Shown: piece by piece, positions 39,905 to 48,750 of the stretch
Numbering within the stretch: position 1 is the stretch's first letter
Layout of the letters: every line of letters starts with the position of its first letter
From: Ignavibacteriota bacterium
GTDB taxonomy: Bacteria; Bacteroidota; Ignavibacteria; UBA10030; UBA6906
Direction: 5' to 3'
Assembly: GCA_963843525.1 (NCBI GenBank)
Contig: CAWJKM010000003.1
Coordinates: forward strand, 477,033-541,032
Length of the DNA: 64,000 bases
Notes under the pieces: generated by a model
What the model saw: only the letters and a program-made list of their open reading frames with translations
What the model was told of the DNA's origin: nothing
Databases searched by the model: none
Made by a program: the position numbers and the translations under genes

Positions 39905-41137
39905 ATGAATCTAGAGTCAATGACAGATCATCCTAATCCTCGCTCAAAGATAAAGGTGCTTCATGTTATCACGACCTTTAGTCTGGGTGGCGCAACTGAG
40001 AATACCCTCCTTTCGGTGGAGGGGCTGCGGGACCTGGGGTACGATGTGTCGATCCTGACCGGTCCGCCAAACACGTCGGAGGGGAGCCTTTTTGAACGGG
40101 CGCGACGAAATGGGATACGGGTGGTGGTGATCCGTGATCTCCAGCGAAGCATCCACCCATTTCACGATTTCCTCGCGTTCCTGAAAATATGGAGCTACCT
40201 GCGCCATGATGATTATGCGATTGTCCATACTCATAGTTCCAAGGCGGGCTTCCTCGGACGCCTCGCAGCACGGCTGGCGGGAGTTCCGGTCGTTACTCAT
40301 ACGATCCACGGATTGCCGTTTCACGAATACCAGAATCCGGTGCTTCGATCGGTATTCGTACTGGCAGAAAAGATCGGCATGACACTGTCGAACAAGGTCG
40401 TTGCGGTAACCCATACCATTGTGGACAAGGCAATCGCTGCCGGGGTCGGCAAGCGGGAAAAATTTGTCGTGGTCCGGAGCGGGTTCGAGATGGAGTCTTT
40501 TGCAGTAACACCGGAGCAGACGGCCGTCGTACGATCATCTCTGGGGCTTTCTCGGGATGACCTTGTCGTCGGCAAGATTGCCCGGTTCTCAAAGCTTAAA
40601 GGGCATAATTATCTGCTTGAGGCCATTCCCCGGGTCATCGAGCAAGTTCCGAATGCGAAATTTCTCCTCGTGGGCAGCGGAGAACTCGAGGCAATGGTGC
40701 GAACCCAGGTCCAGCAACGCGGCTTGTCACCCTATATTGTCTTTGCGGGACTTGTCGAACAAGAGCATATCCCCGCCATGATTTCCACTATGGACGTAGT
40801 CGTGCATACCTCGCTTCTCGAAGGTCTCGCTCGTGTCTTGCCACAAGCGCTCTCCATGCGGAAACCGGTGATTTCTTTCGATATAGACGGAGCACATGAA
40901 GTCATTGCTTCTGGAACGACAGGGTATTTGGTATCGCCAGGGGACTCCCAGCAGTTGGCTGAAAAAATCATCGCAGTTCTAAAGGACGTCGGAAGGGCGC
41001 GAAAGATGGGGGAAGCTGGCTACAATATGGTTGCCCATGACTGGACAAAAAGAGGGATGGTTGAAGGGATTGATCGCGTGTACTTTGCTATGCTGTGCGA
41101 GTCACCGAAATCAGAAAGGTTCAGGTGGGCTGATTGA
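39905..41137 (+). CDS. Glycosyltransferase family 4
   Basis: …KIKVLHVITTFSLGGATE… N-terminus and …EGLARVLPQALSMRKPVISFDIDGAHEVI… C-terminal motif. The first ATG is at 39905; the ORF track uses TTG at 39881. Confidence 0.75.
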   Translation: MNLESMTDHPNPRSKIKVLHVITTFSLGGATENTLLSVEGLRDLGYDVSILTGPPNTSEGSLFERARRNGIRVVVIRDLQRSIHPFHDFLAFLKIWSYLRHDDYAIVHTHSSKAGFLGRLAARLAGVPVVTHTIHGLPFHEYQNPVLRSVFVLAEKIGMTLSNKVVAVTHTIVDKAIAAGVGKREKFVVVRSGFEMESFAVTPEQTAVVRSSLGLSRDDLVVGKIARFSKLKGHNYLLEAIPRVIEQVPNAKFLLVGSGELEAMVRTQVQQRGLSPYIVFAGLVEQEHIPAMISTMDVVVHTSLLEGLARVLPQALSMRKPVISFDIDGAHEVIASGTTGYLVSPGDSQQLAEKIIAVLKDVGRARKMGEAGYNMVAHDWTKRGMVEGIDRVYFAMLCESPKSERFRWAD

Positions 41138-41275
41138 TCTGATCGCAAGATCTGTTTGCTGAATGAAAAGTGAGAGACACCCGTACCGCCAGCCAGAGAG
41201 AAAGCGGTTTCCATGACCTGCAAGAATTCGACGGGGAGATAGTCTAACATTCGCCAATCTTCACTTGGCACCATT

Positions 41276-42670
41276 TTGGACAAGCGCATACAATTCGTCA
41301 CCTGTCTATTCGTTGATTTTTTGTCGATTAACCTTGCGGGGTCATTGTACTTCTATCTGCGCACCCAGACAGGTTGGTTGACGGTGGTCGGAACGCCAGA
41401 CTTTGTTGCCCCGATGGTCGTGCTTTATGTCTACTGGTCGGCGATTTTTGCCTTCACAGGACTCTATCAGCCTCTCTATGCAGGGTCGCGGATCGACGAA
41501 CTGGCAAAGGTGTTCAAGGCCACTGCAGTCGGGTGCCTTGTCCTGTTTTTTCTGATCTATGTTGACGATGCGTCCTCGTCAAGCGGAGCCCCGAAGGCAA
41601 GGTTTCTTATGGCGGTTTACTGGATTCTACTCCTCACGTTTGCAGGGACCGGACGGGCGGTTGTGAGGAGTGTCCACCGCAGACTGCTGATTAAAGGAAT
41701 CGGTGTTCACCGAACATTGATAATCGGCAGCATGACGAAGGCAAGATCACTGTACGACATGGTCAGGCGATTTCCGGCACTCGGGTTCAATGTCGTCGGA
41801 TTTGTGGGGTTGTCCCGGCGAAAGAATGTCCCCTATCGAGATGTTCCTGTCGTCGGGGTGGTTGAAGAACTGCCTGCGATTCTTGAAAAGGAGAGGGTGA
41901 AAGAAGTCCTCGTGGCCCTCGACAGTACCGACCACGATCGACTCCTGGAAATCCTCTCGCTCTGCAACGGGAATGACGTCAGCCTGAAAATCATGCCTGA
42001 CATGTATGACGTGATCAGCGGACAGGCAAGAACCAACCAGATCTACGGGTTCCCGCTCATTGCGATCTCGCCACAGCTGATGAAGCCGTGGGAGGAGGCG
42101 GTGAAGCGTGGCCTCGATGTGATCGTTGCACTCATTATTCTGGTCCTGGGATTCCCGTTCTGGATCCTGATAGGTGTCGCCATCCGCCTGGAATCTCCCG
42201 GGCCGGCTCTCTATCGCCAGGAACGGGTAGGCAAAGACGGCGTTCACTTCAACATGATCAAGTTCCGCTCGATGCTCAACGATGCCGAACGGCATGGTCC
42301 CCGGTGGGCAAAGAAAAAGGATCCGAGGGTCACGCTGGTGGGCAGGCTTCTGCGCCAGCTGCACCTCGATGAGATACCACAGGTCTTGAATGTCCTCAAA
42401 GGTGAAATGACGCTGATTGGGCCGCGGCCGGAACGACCGGTCTTCGTCGAGAAACTCACGAAAGAGATCCCGCTCTACTCCCGGCGCTTGAAGGTGCGCC
42501 CCGGCGTCACCGGCTGGGCCCAGGTGAAGCACCGGTACGATGAAACCATCGATGACGTGCGACTGAAGGTGCAATATGATCTGTTCTATATAGAAAACAT
42601 GTCTCTGATGATGGATCTCAAGATCATCCTCTATACCGTTTTTCACGTGATCCTTGGCAAAGGGCGGTAG
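41276..42670 (+). CDS. Exopolysaccharide biosynthesis polyprenyl glycosylphosphotransferase (second initiating PGT, WbaP/EpsB-like)
   Basis: TM region and CoA-binding-like domain (…FNVVGFVG…), then …FRSMLNDAE… and …DEIPQVLNVLKGEMTLIGPRPERP…GVTGWAQV…. Apparent TTG start; no in-frame ATG near the N-terminus. Confidence 0.85.
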   Translation: MDKRIQFVTCLFVDFLSINLAGSLYFYLRTQTGWLTVVGTPDFVAPMVVLYVYWSAIFAFTGLYQPLYAGSRIDELAKVFKATAVGCLVLFFLIYVDDASSSSGAPKARFLMAVYWILLLTFAGTGRAVVRSVHRRLLIKGIGVHRTLIIGSMTKARSLYDMVRRFPALGFNVVGFVGLSRRKNVPYRDVPVVGVVEELPAILEKERVKEVLVALDSTDHDRLLEILSLCNGNDVSLKIMPDMYDVISGQARTNQIYGFPLIAISPQLMKPWEEAVKRGLDVIVALIILVLGFPFWILIGVAIRLESPGPALYRQERVGKDGVHFNMIKFRSMLNDAERHGPRWAKKKDPRVTLVGRLLRQLHLDEIPQVLNVLKGEMTLIGPRPERPVFVEKLTKEIPLYSRRLKVRPGVTGWAQVKHRYDETIDDVRLKVQYDLFYIENMSLMMDLKIILYTVFHVILGKGR

Positions 42671-42703
42671 GGAATGAGCCAACAAAACCGCAAAGGTGTC
42701 GTA

Positions 42704-43807
42704 ATGAACATTCAAATGGTCGACGTCGTTGGACAGTACAACAAAATCAAGCCGGAAGTCGATGCCGCAATCCACCGGGTCCTCGATTCCGGACAATTCA
42801 TCAACGGCAAGGAAGTCGGCGAATTTGAATGCTCCGTCGCGGGCTACCTCGGGACTAAATACGCACTCGGATGCGCCTCGGGCACGGATGCCCTCCAGAT
42901 TGCAATGATGGCGCTTGGAATCGGACCGGGCGACGAAGTGGTAACGACGCCGTTCACGTTCGTGGCGACAGCGGAAACGATCGCCATCCTTGGCGCAAAA
43001 CCGGTGTATGTGGACATCGAACCCGAAACGTTCAACATCGATCCGGCCAAACTCGCATCGGCCATCACCCCCCGGACGAAAGCCATTATCCCTGTCCACC
43101 TGTACGGACAGCCTGCCGACATGGACCCGATCATGCAAATCGCCCGGGAGAAGAAGATACCGGTGATTGAGGATTGTGCGCAGGCGATGGGAGCATCGTA
43201 TAAGGCGAAAAAAGTGGGAGGAATAGGATTGATCGGATGTATCTCGTTCTTTCCCAGCAAGAATCTCGGATGTTTTGGTGACGGCGGCATGATTGTGACC
43301 GACGATAAAGTACTCGCAGAACAGATGAAGGTGATCGCCGCCCATGGCTCGCGGGTCCGCTACTACCACGATCTCCTCGGCGTGAACAGCAGGCTTGATA
43401 CTCTCCAGGCCGCAATTCTCGGGGTGAAAATCCGTCACCTCGAGGAATACAACACCACGCGCCAGCGTGCCGCCGCAAGATATGAAGAACTCTTCCGGGG
43501 CACCCCAGTCACCGTTCCTGCGGTTGCGCCTTACGCCCAGCATATCTTCCACCAGTTTACCCTCCGTGTCCCCCGGCGGGATGATCTTGCGAACTTCTTG
43601 AAGGGAAAAGGGATTCCCCATGCGGTGTACTATCCTGTTCCACTTCATCTGCAAAAAGCGTTTGCAATGTCGGGGGGGAAACCGGGCGACTTTCCTGTGG
43701 CCGAAAAGGCAGCGGCGGAGGTGCTTTCTTTGCCTATGCATACCGAACTCACGGCGGATCAGCAGGAACATGTCGCTTCTGCGATTGCAGAGTTCTACCG
43801 GCAATGA
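42704..43807 (+). CDS. DegT/DnrJ/EryC1/StrS family PLP-dependent sugar aminotransferase
   Basis: …LDSGQFINGKEVGEFE…GCASGTDALQIAMMALGIGPGDEV… and a catalytic-lysine region …FFPSKNLGCFGDGG…. The ATG at 42704 gives the canonical N-terminus. Confidence 0.85.
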   Translation: MNIQMVDVVGQYNKIKPEVDAAIHRVLDSGQFINGKEVGEFECSVAGYLGTKYALGCASGTDALQIAMMALGIGPGDEVVTTPFTFVATAETIAILGAKPVYVDIEPETFNIDPAKLASAITPRTKAIIPVHLYGQPADMDPIMQIAREKKIPVIEDCAQAMGASYKAKKVGGIGLIGCISFFPSKNLGCFGDGGMIVTDDKVLAEQMKVIAAHGSRVRYYHDLLGVNSRLDTLQAAILGVKIRHLEEYNTTRQRAAARYEELFRGTPVTVPAVAPYAQHIFHQFTLRVPRRDDLANFLKGKGIPHAVYYPVPLHLQKAFAMSGGKPGDFPVAEKAAAEVLSLPMHTELTADQQEHVASAIAEFYRQ

Positions 43808-43837
43808 TCATTATTCATCCATCTTTCGAAAAGGTTT

Positions 43838-44575
43838 ATGGACTCTTCCAGACCGGCGGACACGACGATTCTCGTCGTGGTCCCGACGTATAACGAAGCA
43901 GATAACATCGCGCGGCTCATACCGGTATTGCTGGGACTTGCCGGCGAGATCGAAATTCTCGTCGTCGACGACAATTCCCCCGACGGCACCGCGGGGGTGG
44001 TGAAGGAGATGGCAAAGAGGGAATCCCGGATCCATCTCCTCGAGCGACCGGGGAAAATGGGACTCGGGAGTGCCTACGTCCTCGGATTCAAATACGCTCT
44101 GGAACACCACTATGGCTTTGTTATACAAATGGACGCCGATTTTTCGCACGATCCACACGAAATTCCGACTTTCTGTGCCGCGGCGAAAAACGCAGACCTG
44201 GTGCTCGGTTCCCGGTATGCGAACGGTGTCCGGGTTTTGAACTGGCCGATCCACCGGCTTCTGCTCAGCTATTTCGCGAATGTGTATTCAAGGATTATGA
44301 CCGGGCTCCCCATCACGGATGCAACAGGGGGTTTTAAGTGCTTCCGTCGATCCGTGTTGGAGTCCATTAACCTGAACACCATCCGCTCGAACGGCTATGC
44401 GTTTCAAATCGAAATGACGTTCAAGGCGTGGAAGAAGGGATTCCACGTCGAAGAGATCCCGATTACTTTTCTCGACCGTCGCCATGGATCGTCAAAGATG
44501 TCGAAGCAGATTGTGTATGAAGCGTTGTTCATGCTTTTCCGGCTGAGGGTGAGAGCGTGGATGAATCGGCTTTAG
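43838..44575 (+). CDS. GT2 polyprenyl-phosphate glycosyltransferase (Dpm1/ArnC-like)
   Basis: …LVVVPTYNEADNIARL…EILVVDDNSPDGT…QMDADFSHDP…. The 245-aa soluble GT2 is typical of dolichyl/undecaprenyl-phosphate sugar synthases. Confidence 0.75.
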   Translation: MDSSRPADTTILVVVPTYNEADNIARLIPVLLGLAGEIEILVVDDNSPDGTAGVVKEMAKRESRIHLLERPGKMGLGSAYVLGFKYALEHHYGFVIQMDADFSHDPHEIPTFCAAAKNADLVLGSRYANGVRVLNWPIHRLLLSYFANVYSRIMTGLPITDATGGFKCFRRSVLESINLNTIRSNGYAFQIEMTFKAWKKGFHVEEIPITFLDRRHGSSKMSKQIVYEALFMLFRLRVRAWMNRL

Positions 44576-45099
44576 CCAGTTGACAGTAAACAGTTGACAG
44601 TAGACAGTATATCGCAAGTAAGTGAGCACGGACATTCGATTGTGAATACAAATCTCCAGATAGAAAATGATCAAGTTACCCGCCAAACCCGTGATTACCG
44701 TGATTTACTTGTATGGCAGAAGGGGATTCACCTGGTGAAGGACATCTATGCCCTCACGAGGGGGTTTCCAAAGGATGAACTATTTGGACTTTCGAGTCAA
44801 CTACGTCGGGCTGCAGTCTCTGTGCCGTCCAACATTGCTGAAGGTCAGCAGAGAAGATCGGTGAATGATTTCAAAAGATACCTCTCCATCGCCCTTGGCT
44901 CCCTGGCCGAAATCGACACGCAACTGGTTGTCGCGGGTGAGCTCGGATACACATCCGGTGAAGGCCTCCGGCAACTCCAATCAGACATTTGCGATATGCG
45001 AAAGATGCTCTATGGCCTCATTGCGAGTCTTGAGAACCAGTCCTCCGTCAAGCATTAGGCTATCGCCACTGTCTACTGTCAACTGTCGTCTGTAAACTG
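44576..45099 (+). mobile_element. Four-helix-bundle gene cassette bracketed by ~33-bp imperfect inverted repeats built from CAGTNNA heptamers (IVS-like insertion)
   Basis: Left arm 44576-44610 is CCAGTTGACAGTAAACAGTTGACAGTAGACAGTAT. Right arm 45066-45099 is its near-perfect reverse complement. The arms abut the stop of the upstream gene and the start of the downstream gene. Confidence 0.45.
44594..45058 (+). CDS. Four helix bundle protein (23S rRNA intervening-sequence protein family)
   Basis: …YRDLLVWQKGIHLVKDIYALTRGFPKDELFGLSSQLRRAAVSVPSNIAEGQ…SLAEIDTQL… is the family signature. The true start may be an internal GTG at 44642. Confidence 0.7.
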   Translation: MTVDSISQVSEHGHSIVNTNLQIENDQVTRQTRDYRDLLVWQKGIHLVKDIYALTRGFPKDELFGLSSQLRRAAVSVPSNIAEGQQRRSVNDFKRYLSIALGSLAEIDTQLVVAGELGYTSGEGLRQLQSDICDMRKMLYGLIASLENQSSVKH

Positions 45100-45101
45100 A
45101 T

Positions 45102-47096
45102 ATGGATCTCACCGTCATCATCGTCAACTACAACGTTCGCCAGTTCCTGGAGAACGCGCTGACCTCCATCGGCCGGGCGCTCGAAGGGATCGAGGGTGAA
45201 GTCATTGTCGTGGATAATGCCTCACGCGATGAAAGCGTCGCGATGGTACGGAAGTCCTTCCCGTGGGTCCGGGTGATCGCCAATGCCAGCAATGACGGGT
45301 TCGCACGGGCCAATAACTCTGCACTCAGGGAGGCGAAGGGCCGGTACGTCCTTCTCATCAACCCCGACGCGATCGTGCAGGAGGATACGTTCAAGGTCAT
45401 GCTCCGGTTCCTCGATGCACATCCTGACGTCGGCCTCGCCGGGTGCAAGGTTCTCAATCCGGATGGGACGTTTCAGCTTCCCTGCAGGAGGAGTTTTCCG
45501 ACACCGTGGGTCGCGTTCACCAAAATGTTCGGCCTCTCTTCACTCTTCCCGCAGTCCCGGATCTTCGGGAAGTACAACCTTACGTACCTCAATCCGGACG
45601 AGAGCTACCCTGTCGACGCCGTGAGTGGATCGTTCATGATGGTGCGCGCCGAAGTGTACAGAAAGATCGGCGGATTGGACGAGTCGTTCTTCATGTACGG
45701 CGAGGATCTCGATTGGTGTTTCCGCGTTCGGGAGGCGGGGTTTGCGGTGTACTATGTCCACGAGACGTCCATCATCCACTTCAAGGGTGAGAGCACGCGG
45801 CGGAGCGAGATCAATGAGGTCCGCCTCTTCTACCAGGCGATGGAGCTCTTTGTTGCGAAGCACTTCCGGCGATCGACGCTGCAACGGTTTATCCTTTCCC
45901 TCGGGATCTCCATTCGCGAATTCTTCGCGTGGAGCCGACGCCTCGTAACTCCGACGTTGCTGATTGCGGTGGACTTTTCCCTCGTCGATGCCGCATTGTT
46001 CCTGAGTGCGTTCGCCTATTTCCAGGACCCGTACAAATTCATCAATGGCGCGAGTCCGGTTGTCTGGTTTGCCCCGGCGATCATCGTCGTCCTGGGACTG
46101 GCAGGATCGGGCTCGTATCACTCCAACCGGCACTCTCCCTCCCGTGCCGCGATCGGTGTCATCGGCGGCTATGTCCTGATCTCTGCCGCCGTGTTCTTTT
46201 TCAAGAACCTCGCATACAGCAGGGCCGTGGTGGCGATCTCCGGCCTGGTGAGCCTGGTGATGATCCCCGTGTGGAGGGTGGTCCTCTACAAGATTATCGC
46301 GGGAAGATCGCACGCGGGCCAGCGGAGGACGCTGTTCGGCGGCCGGACTCTCATCGTGGGCGTGGGAGAATCGGCCCGGGAGTTGCTCCGGCGTCTCCGA
46401 AGCCGCGTGGACGGGGCATACGACGTCGTGGGGTTTGTGGATACCAGCGGTCGCCATGTGGGAGAAGTCCTCGACGGCGTGGAAATCGTGGGCAACCTGG
46501 AAAATGTGGGGAAGGTCGTGGACCAGCTGCGCGTCAGCGATGTCATTTTTTCCACGGACGGACTTTCCTACGGTGAAGTGCTCTCGGTGATCACCAGGAG
46601 CAATAATAGCGCGATCAATTTCCGCCTTGTCCCGAATAGCCTCGAAGCGATCATCGGGAAAACACGGATCGATCAGCTCGATACGATCCCGCTTGTGGAC
46701 ATTGAGTACAACCTGCATTTGCCCTCTCATCGATTCCTGAAGCGCATCGTCGACCTGATTGTTTCGTCCATTATTCTCCTCCTTTTATATCTGCCTCTCC
46801 GACTGCTGAAGGGATGGTCGAAACCGGACGGCCTGGTGCGCGTGATCCCCCTGGTCTTCATCGGGAAACGCAGCCTTGTCGGTCTGCCGTTTTCGGCTGA
46901 CGGCGCGGTTGCGGCTGCTCTTTCCCGGCGCTGCGGCGGGGCGGATCTCGGCCCGATCGGGCTCACCGGGCTGATTCAGGTGAATAGCCACCCGGGAATG
47001 ACGGAGGAAGAGATGGAACGCTACGCTCTTTTTTACGCGAAGAACCACTCCTTCGGGCTGGATGTTGAAATACTGATGAAGGCGATAGGTTTTTGA
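45102..47096 (+). CDS. Fusion protein: N-terminal GT2 (WbbL-like) domain, then TM helices, CoA-binding-like domain and a degenerate phosphoglycosyltransferase C-terminal domain
   Basis: N-terminal …LTVIIVNYNVRQFL…VIVVDNASRDES…YGEDLDWCFR…. Then hydrophobic helices and …RTLIVGVGESAREL…YDVVGFVD… (the WbaP central domain). Then …DGLVRVIPLVFIGKRSLVGLPFS…, which aligns to DE(L/I)PQ…[14 protein letters not shown] with the DE dyad and PRP lost. Confidence 0.7.
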   Translation: MDLTVIIVNYNVRQFLENALTSIGRALEGIEGEVIVVDNASRDESVAMVRKSFPWVRVIANASNDGFARANNSALREAKGRYVLLINPDAIVQEDTFKVMLRFLDAHPDVGLAGCKVLNPDGTFQLPCRRSFPTPWVAFTKMFGLSSLFPQSRIFGKYNLTYLNPDESYPVDAVSGSFMMVRAEVYRKIGGLDESFFMYGEDLDWCFRVREAGFAVYYVHETSIIHFKGESTRRSEINEVRLFYQAMELFVAKHFRRSTLQRFILSLGISIREFFAWSRRLVTPTLLIAVDFSLVDAALFLSAFAYFQDPYKFINGASPVVWFAPAIIVVLGLAGSGSYHSNRHSPSRAAIGVIGGYVLISAAVFFFKNLAYSRAVVAISGLVSLVMIPVWRVVLYKIIAGRSHAGQRRTLFGGRTLIVGVGESARELLRRLRSRVDGAYDVVGFVDTSGRHVGEVLDGVEIVGNLENVGKVVDQLRVSDVIFSTDGLSYGEVLSVITRSNNSAINFRLVPNSLEAIIGKTRIDQLDTIPLVDIEYNLHLPSHRFLKRIVDLIVSSIILLLLYLPLRLLKGWSKPDGLVRVIPLVFIGKRSLVGLPFSADGAVAAALSRRCGGADLGPIGLTGLIQVNSHPGMTEEEMERYALFYAKNHSFGLDVEILMKAIGF

Positions 47097-47118
47097 GCGG
47101 GGATAAGGCAGGGGGGCC

Positions 47119-47345
47119 ATGAGTAAGAAGTAAGAAGAAGGAAGAAGGAAGAAAACAGTGGACAGTGGACAGTGGACAGTGGACAGTGGACAGTGAACAG
47201 TGAACAGTGAACAGTGAACAGTGAATAATGAACAATATACTGTAATTACTTTTTTTAACTGTCATCTGTCTACTGTATTGTCATGACTATCTACCGTTCC
47301 CTTCTTTCTTCCTACATCTTACTTCGTACTTCTTACTCTTCGTAG
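47119..47345. repeat. Large imperfect palindrome with tandem heptamer repeats (CAGTGGA)x5 (CAGTGAA)x4 and an AT-rich centre; flanked by an inverted GAAGAAG-rich arm pair
   Basis: Left arm GAGTAAGAAGTAAGAAGAAGGAAGAAGGAAGAAAA plus heptamer tandem. Centre aatatactgtaattactttttttaac. Right arm ctgtcatctgtctactgtattgtcatgac…ttcttcctacatcttacttcgtacttcttactcttcg, roughly the reverse complement. It lies between the fusion gene and accA. Confidence 0.6.
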
Positions 47346-47369
47346 ATTGACACTACAGTGAGGACTTCG

Positions 47370-48320
47370 ATGGCTAAGGTTATACTGGATTTCGAGAAAC
47401 CGATCGTCGAGCTCGAGCAGAAGGTCGAGGAGATGCGTCGCTATGCAGGGAATCCTGATATCGCCCAGGAGATTGTCAAGATTGAAAAGCGGGTGAATCA
47501 GCTGCAACAGAGCATCTACTCCCGTCTCACCCGCTGGCAACGGGTCCAGCTTGCGCGCCACCCGGAGCGGCCGTATACGCTGGACTACCTCCAGATGATG
47601 ACGAAAGGGTTCCAGGAGTTGCACGGCGATCGATCGGTGCGCGACGATCATGCAATCGTCGGCGGACTCGCCATGATCGACAGCGTGAAGGTGATGATTA
47701 TCGGGCATCAAAAGGGGCGCGACACGAAGTCGAACGTCTACCGGAATTTCGGGATGGCGAATCCGGAGGGATACCGGAAAGCACTCCGCCTCATGAAGCT
47801 GGCGGAAAAATTCCGGATTCCTGTCGTGACTCTTCTTGATACGCCGGGAGCGTTCCCGGGCCTCGAGGCCGAGGAACGCGGCCAGGCCGAAGCAATCGCG
47901 CGCAACCTTCTGGAGATGGCGCGACTGAAGACACCGATCGTCGTGTGCATCATCGGGGAAGGAGCATCGGGAGGAGCGCTCGGGATCGGCGTGGGTGACA
48001 GGATCCTGATGCTGGAGAACGCCTGGTACTCTGTGATATCACCCGAATCGTGCTCGAGTATCCTGTGGCGAAGCTGGGACTACAAGGAACAGGCGGCGGA
48101 GGCGCTCCAACTCACGGCCGCAGATCTCAAGAAACAGGGAGTGATTGATATGATCATCCCGGAGCCGCTGGGAGGAGCCCACAAGGCACCACAACAGATG
48201 GCGGATATCCTTAAGGAGACGTTGCTGGATGAGCTCAAGCAACTGTCGCGCCTCAAGCCTGACAAGCTGGTGGAACGAAGGATCGAGAAATTTTCGAAAA
48301 TGGGTGTGTGGGTAGGATGA
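47370..48320 (+). CDS. accA: Acetyl-CoA carboxylase carboxyltransferase subunit alpha
   Basis: [19 protein letters not shown]…[19 protein letters not shown]…[15 protein letters not shown]…[11 protein letters not shown]… is unmistakable AccA. Confidence 0.9.
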   Translation: MAKVILDFEKPIVELEQKVEEMRRYAGNPDIAQEIVKIEKRVNQLQQSIYSRLTRWQRVQLARHPERPYTLDYLQMMTKGFQELHGDRSVRDDHAIVGGLAMIDSVKVMIIGHQKGRDTKSNVYRNFGMANPEGYRKALRLMKLAEKFRIPVVTLLDTPGAFPGLEAEERGQAEAIARNLLEMARLKTPIVVCIIGEGASGGALGIGVGDRILMLENAWYSVISPESCSSILWRSWDYKEQAAEALQLTAADLKKQGVIDMIIPEPLGGAHKAPQQMADILKETLLDELKQLSRLKPDKLVERRIEKFSKMGVWVG

Positions 48321-48327
48321 CGCAAAA

Positions 48328-48750
48328 ATGATCAAAAATACGTCCGACATCCGTGTCCGGTATGCGGACACGGACCAGATGAAGTTCGTGTATTACGGGA
48401 GGTTTTTCGAGTATTTCGAACAGGGAAGGTCGGACCTTCTCCGGGCTGCCGGACTCCCGTACAGCGCTGTCGAAGAGCTCGGGTTCTACCTGCCGGTCAT
48501 CGAAGCGCACGCAGTCTATAAGCGCCCGGCCCGCTTCGATGATCTCCTGCACGTCGTGACGATTCTCCGGGACATGCCTGTGGCGCGGGTGCGAATTGAT
48601 TATGAAGTGCGCAGCAACGATGACCCTGACCTGGTGGCGGAAGGCTATACCATCCACAGTTTCATCAATGCCAGAACGGGGAGGCCGTCCAGGGCGCCGG
48701 CTCAGTTTCTGGAGGCCCTTGAAATGTACAGGAAAGGATCCGGTGATTGA
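48328..48750 (+). CDS. Acyl-CoA thioesterase, hotdog fold (YbgC/4HBT family)
   Basis: …IRVRYADTDQMKFVYYGRFFEYFEQGRSDLL… is the typical 4HBT N-terminus; 140 aa. Confidence 0.7.
   Translation: MIKNTSDIRVRYADTDQMKFVYYGRFFEYFEQGRSDLLRAAGLPYSAVEELGFYLPVIEAHAVYKRPARFDDLLHVVTILRDMPVARVRIDYEVRSNDDPDLVAEGYTIHSFINARTGRPSRAPAQFLEALEMYRKGSGD

Noticed and set aside
41747-43804. 685-aa minus-strand ORF
   Set aside because: It is antisense to two well-supported plus-strand genes (the PGT with Bac_transf signature and the DegT aminotransferase). A long antisense ORF is expected in GC-rich DNA, and its translation has no recognisable motifs.
45540-46730. 396-aa minus-strand ORF
   Set aside because: Antisense to the GT2-PGT fusion gene. 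Arg/His/Asp-rich low-complexity translation.
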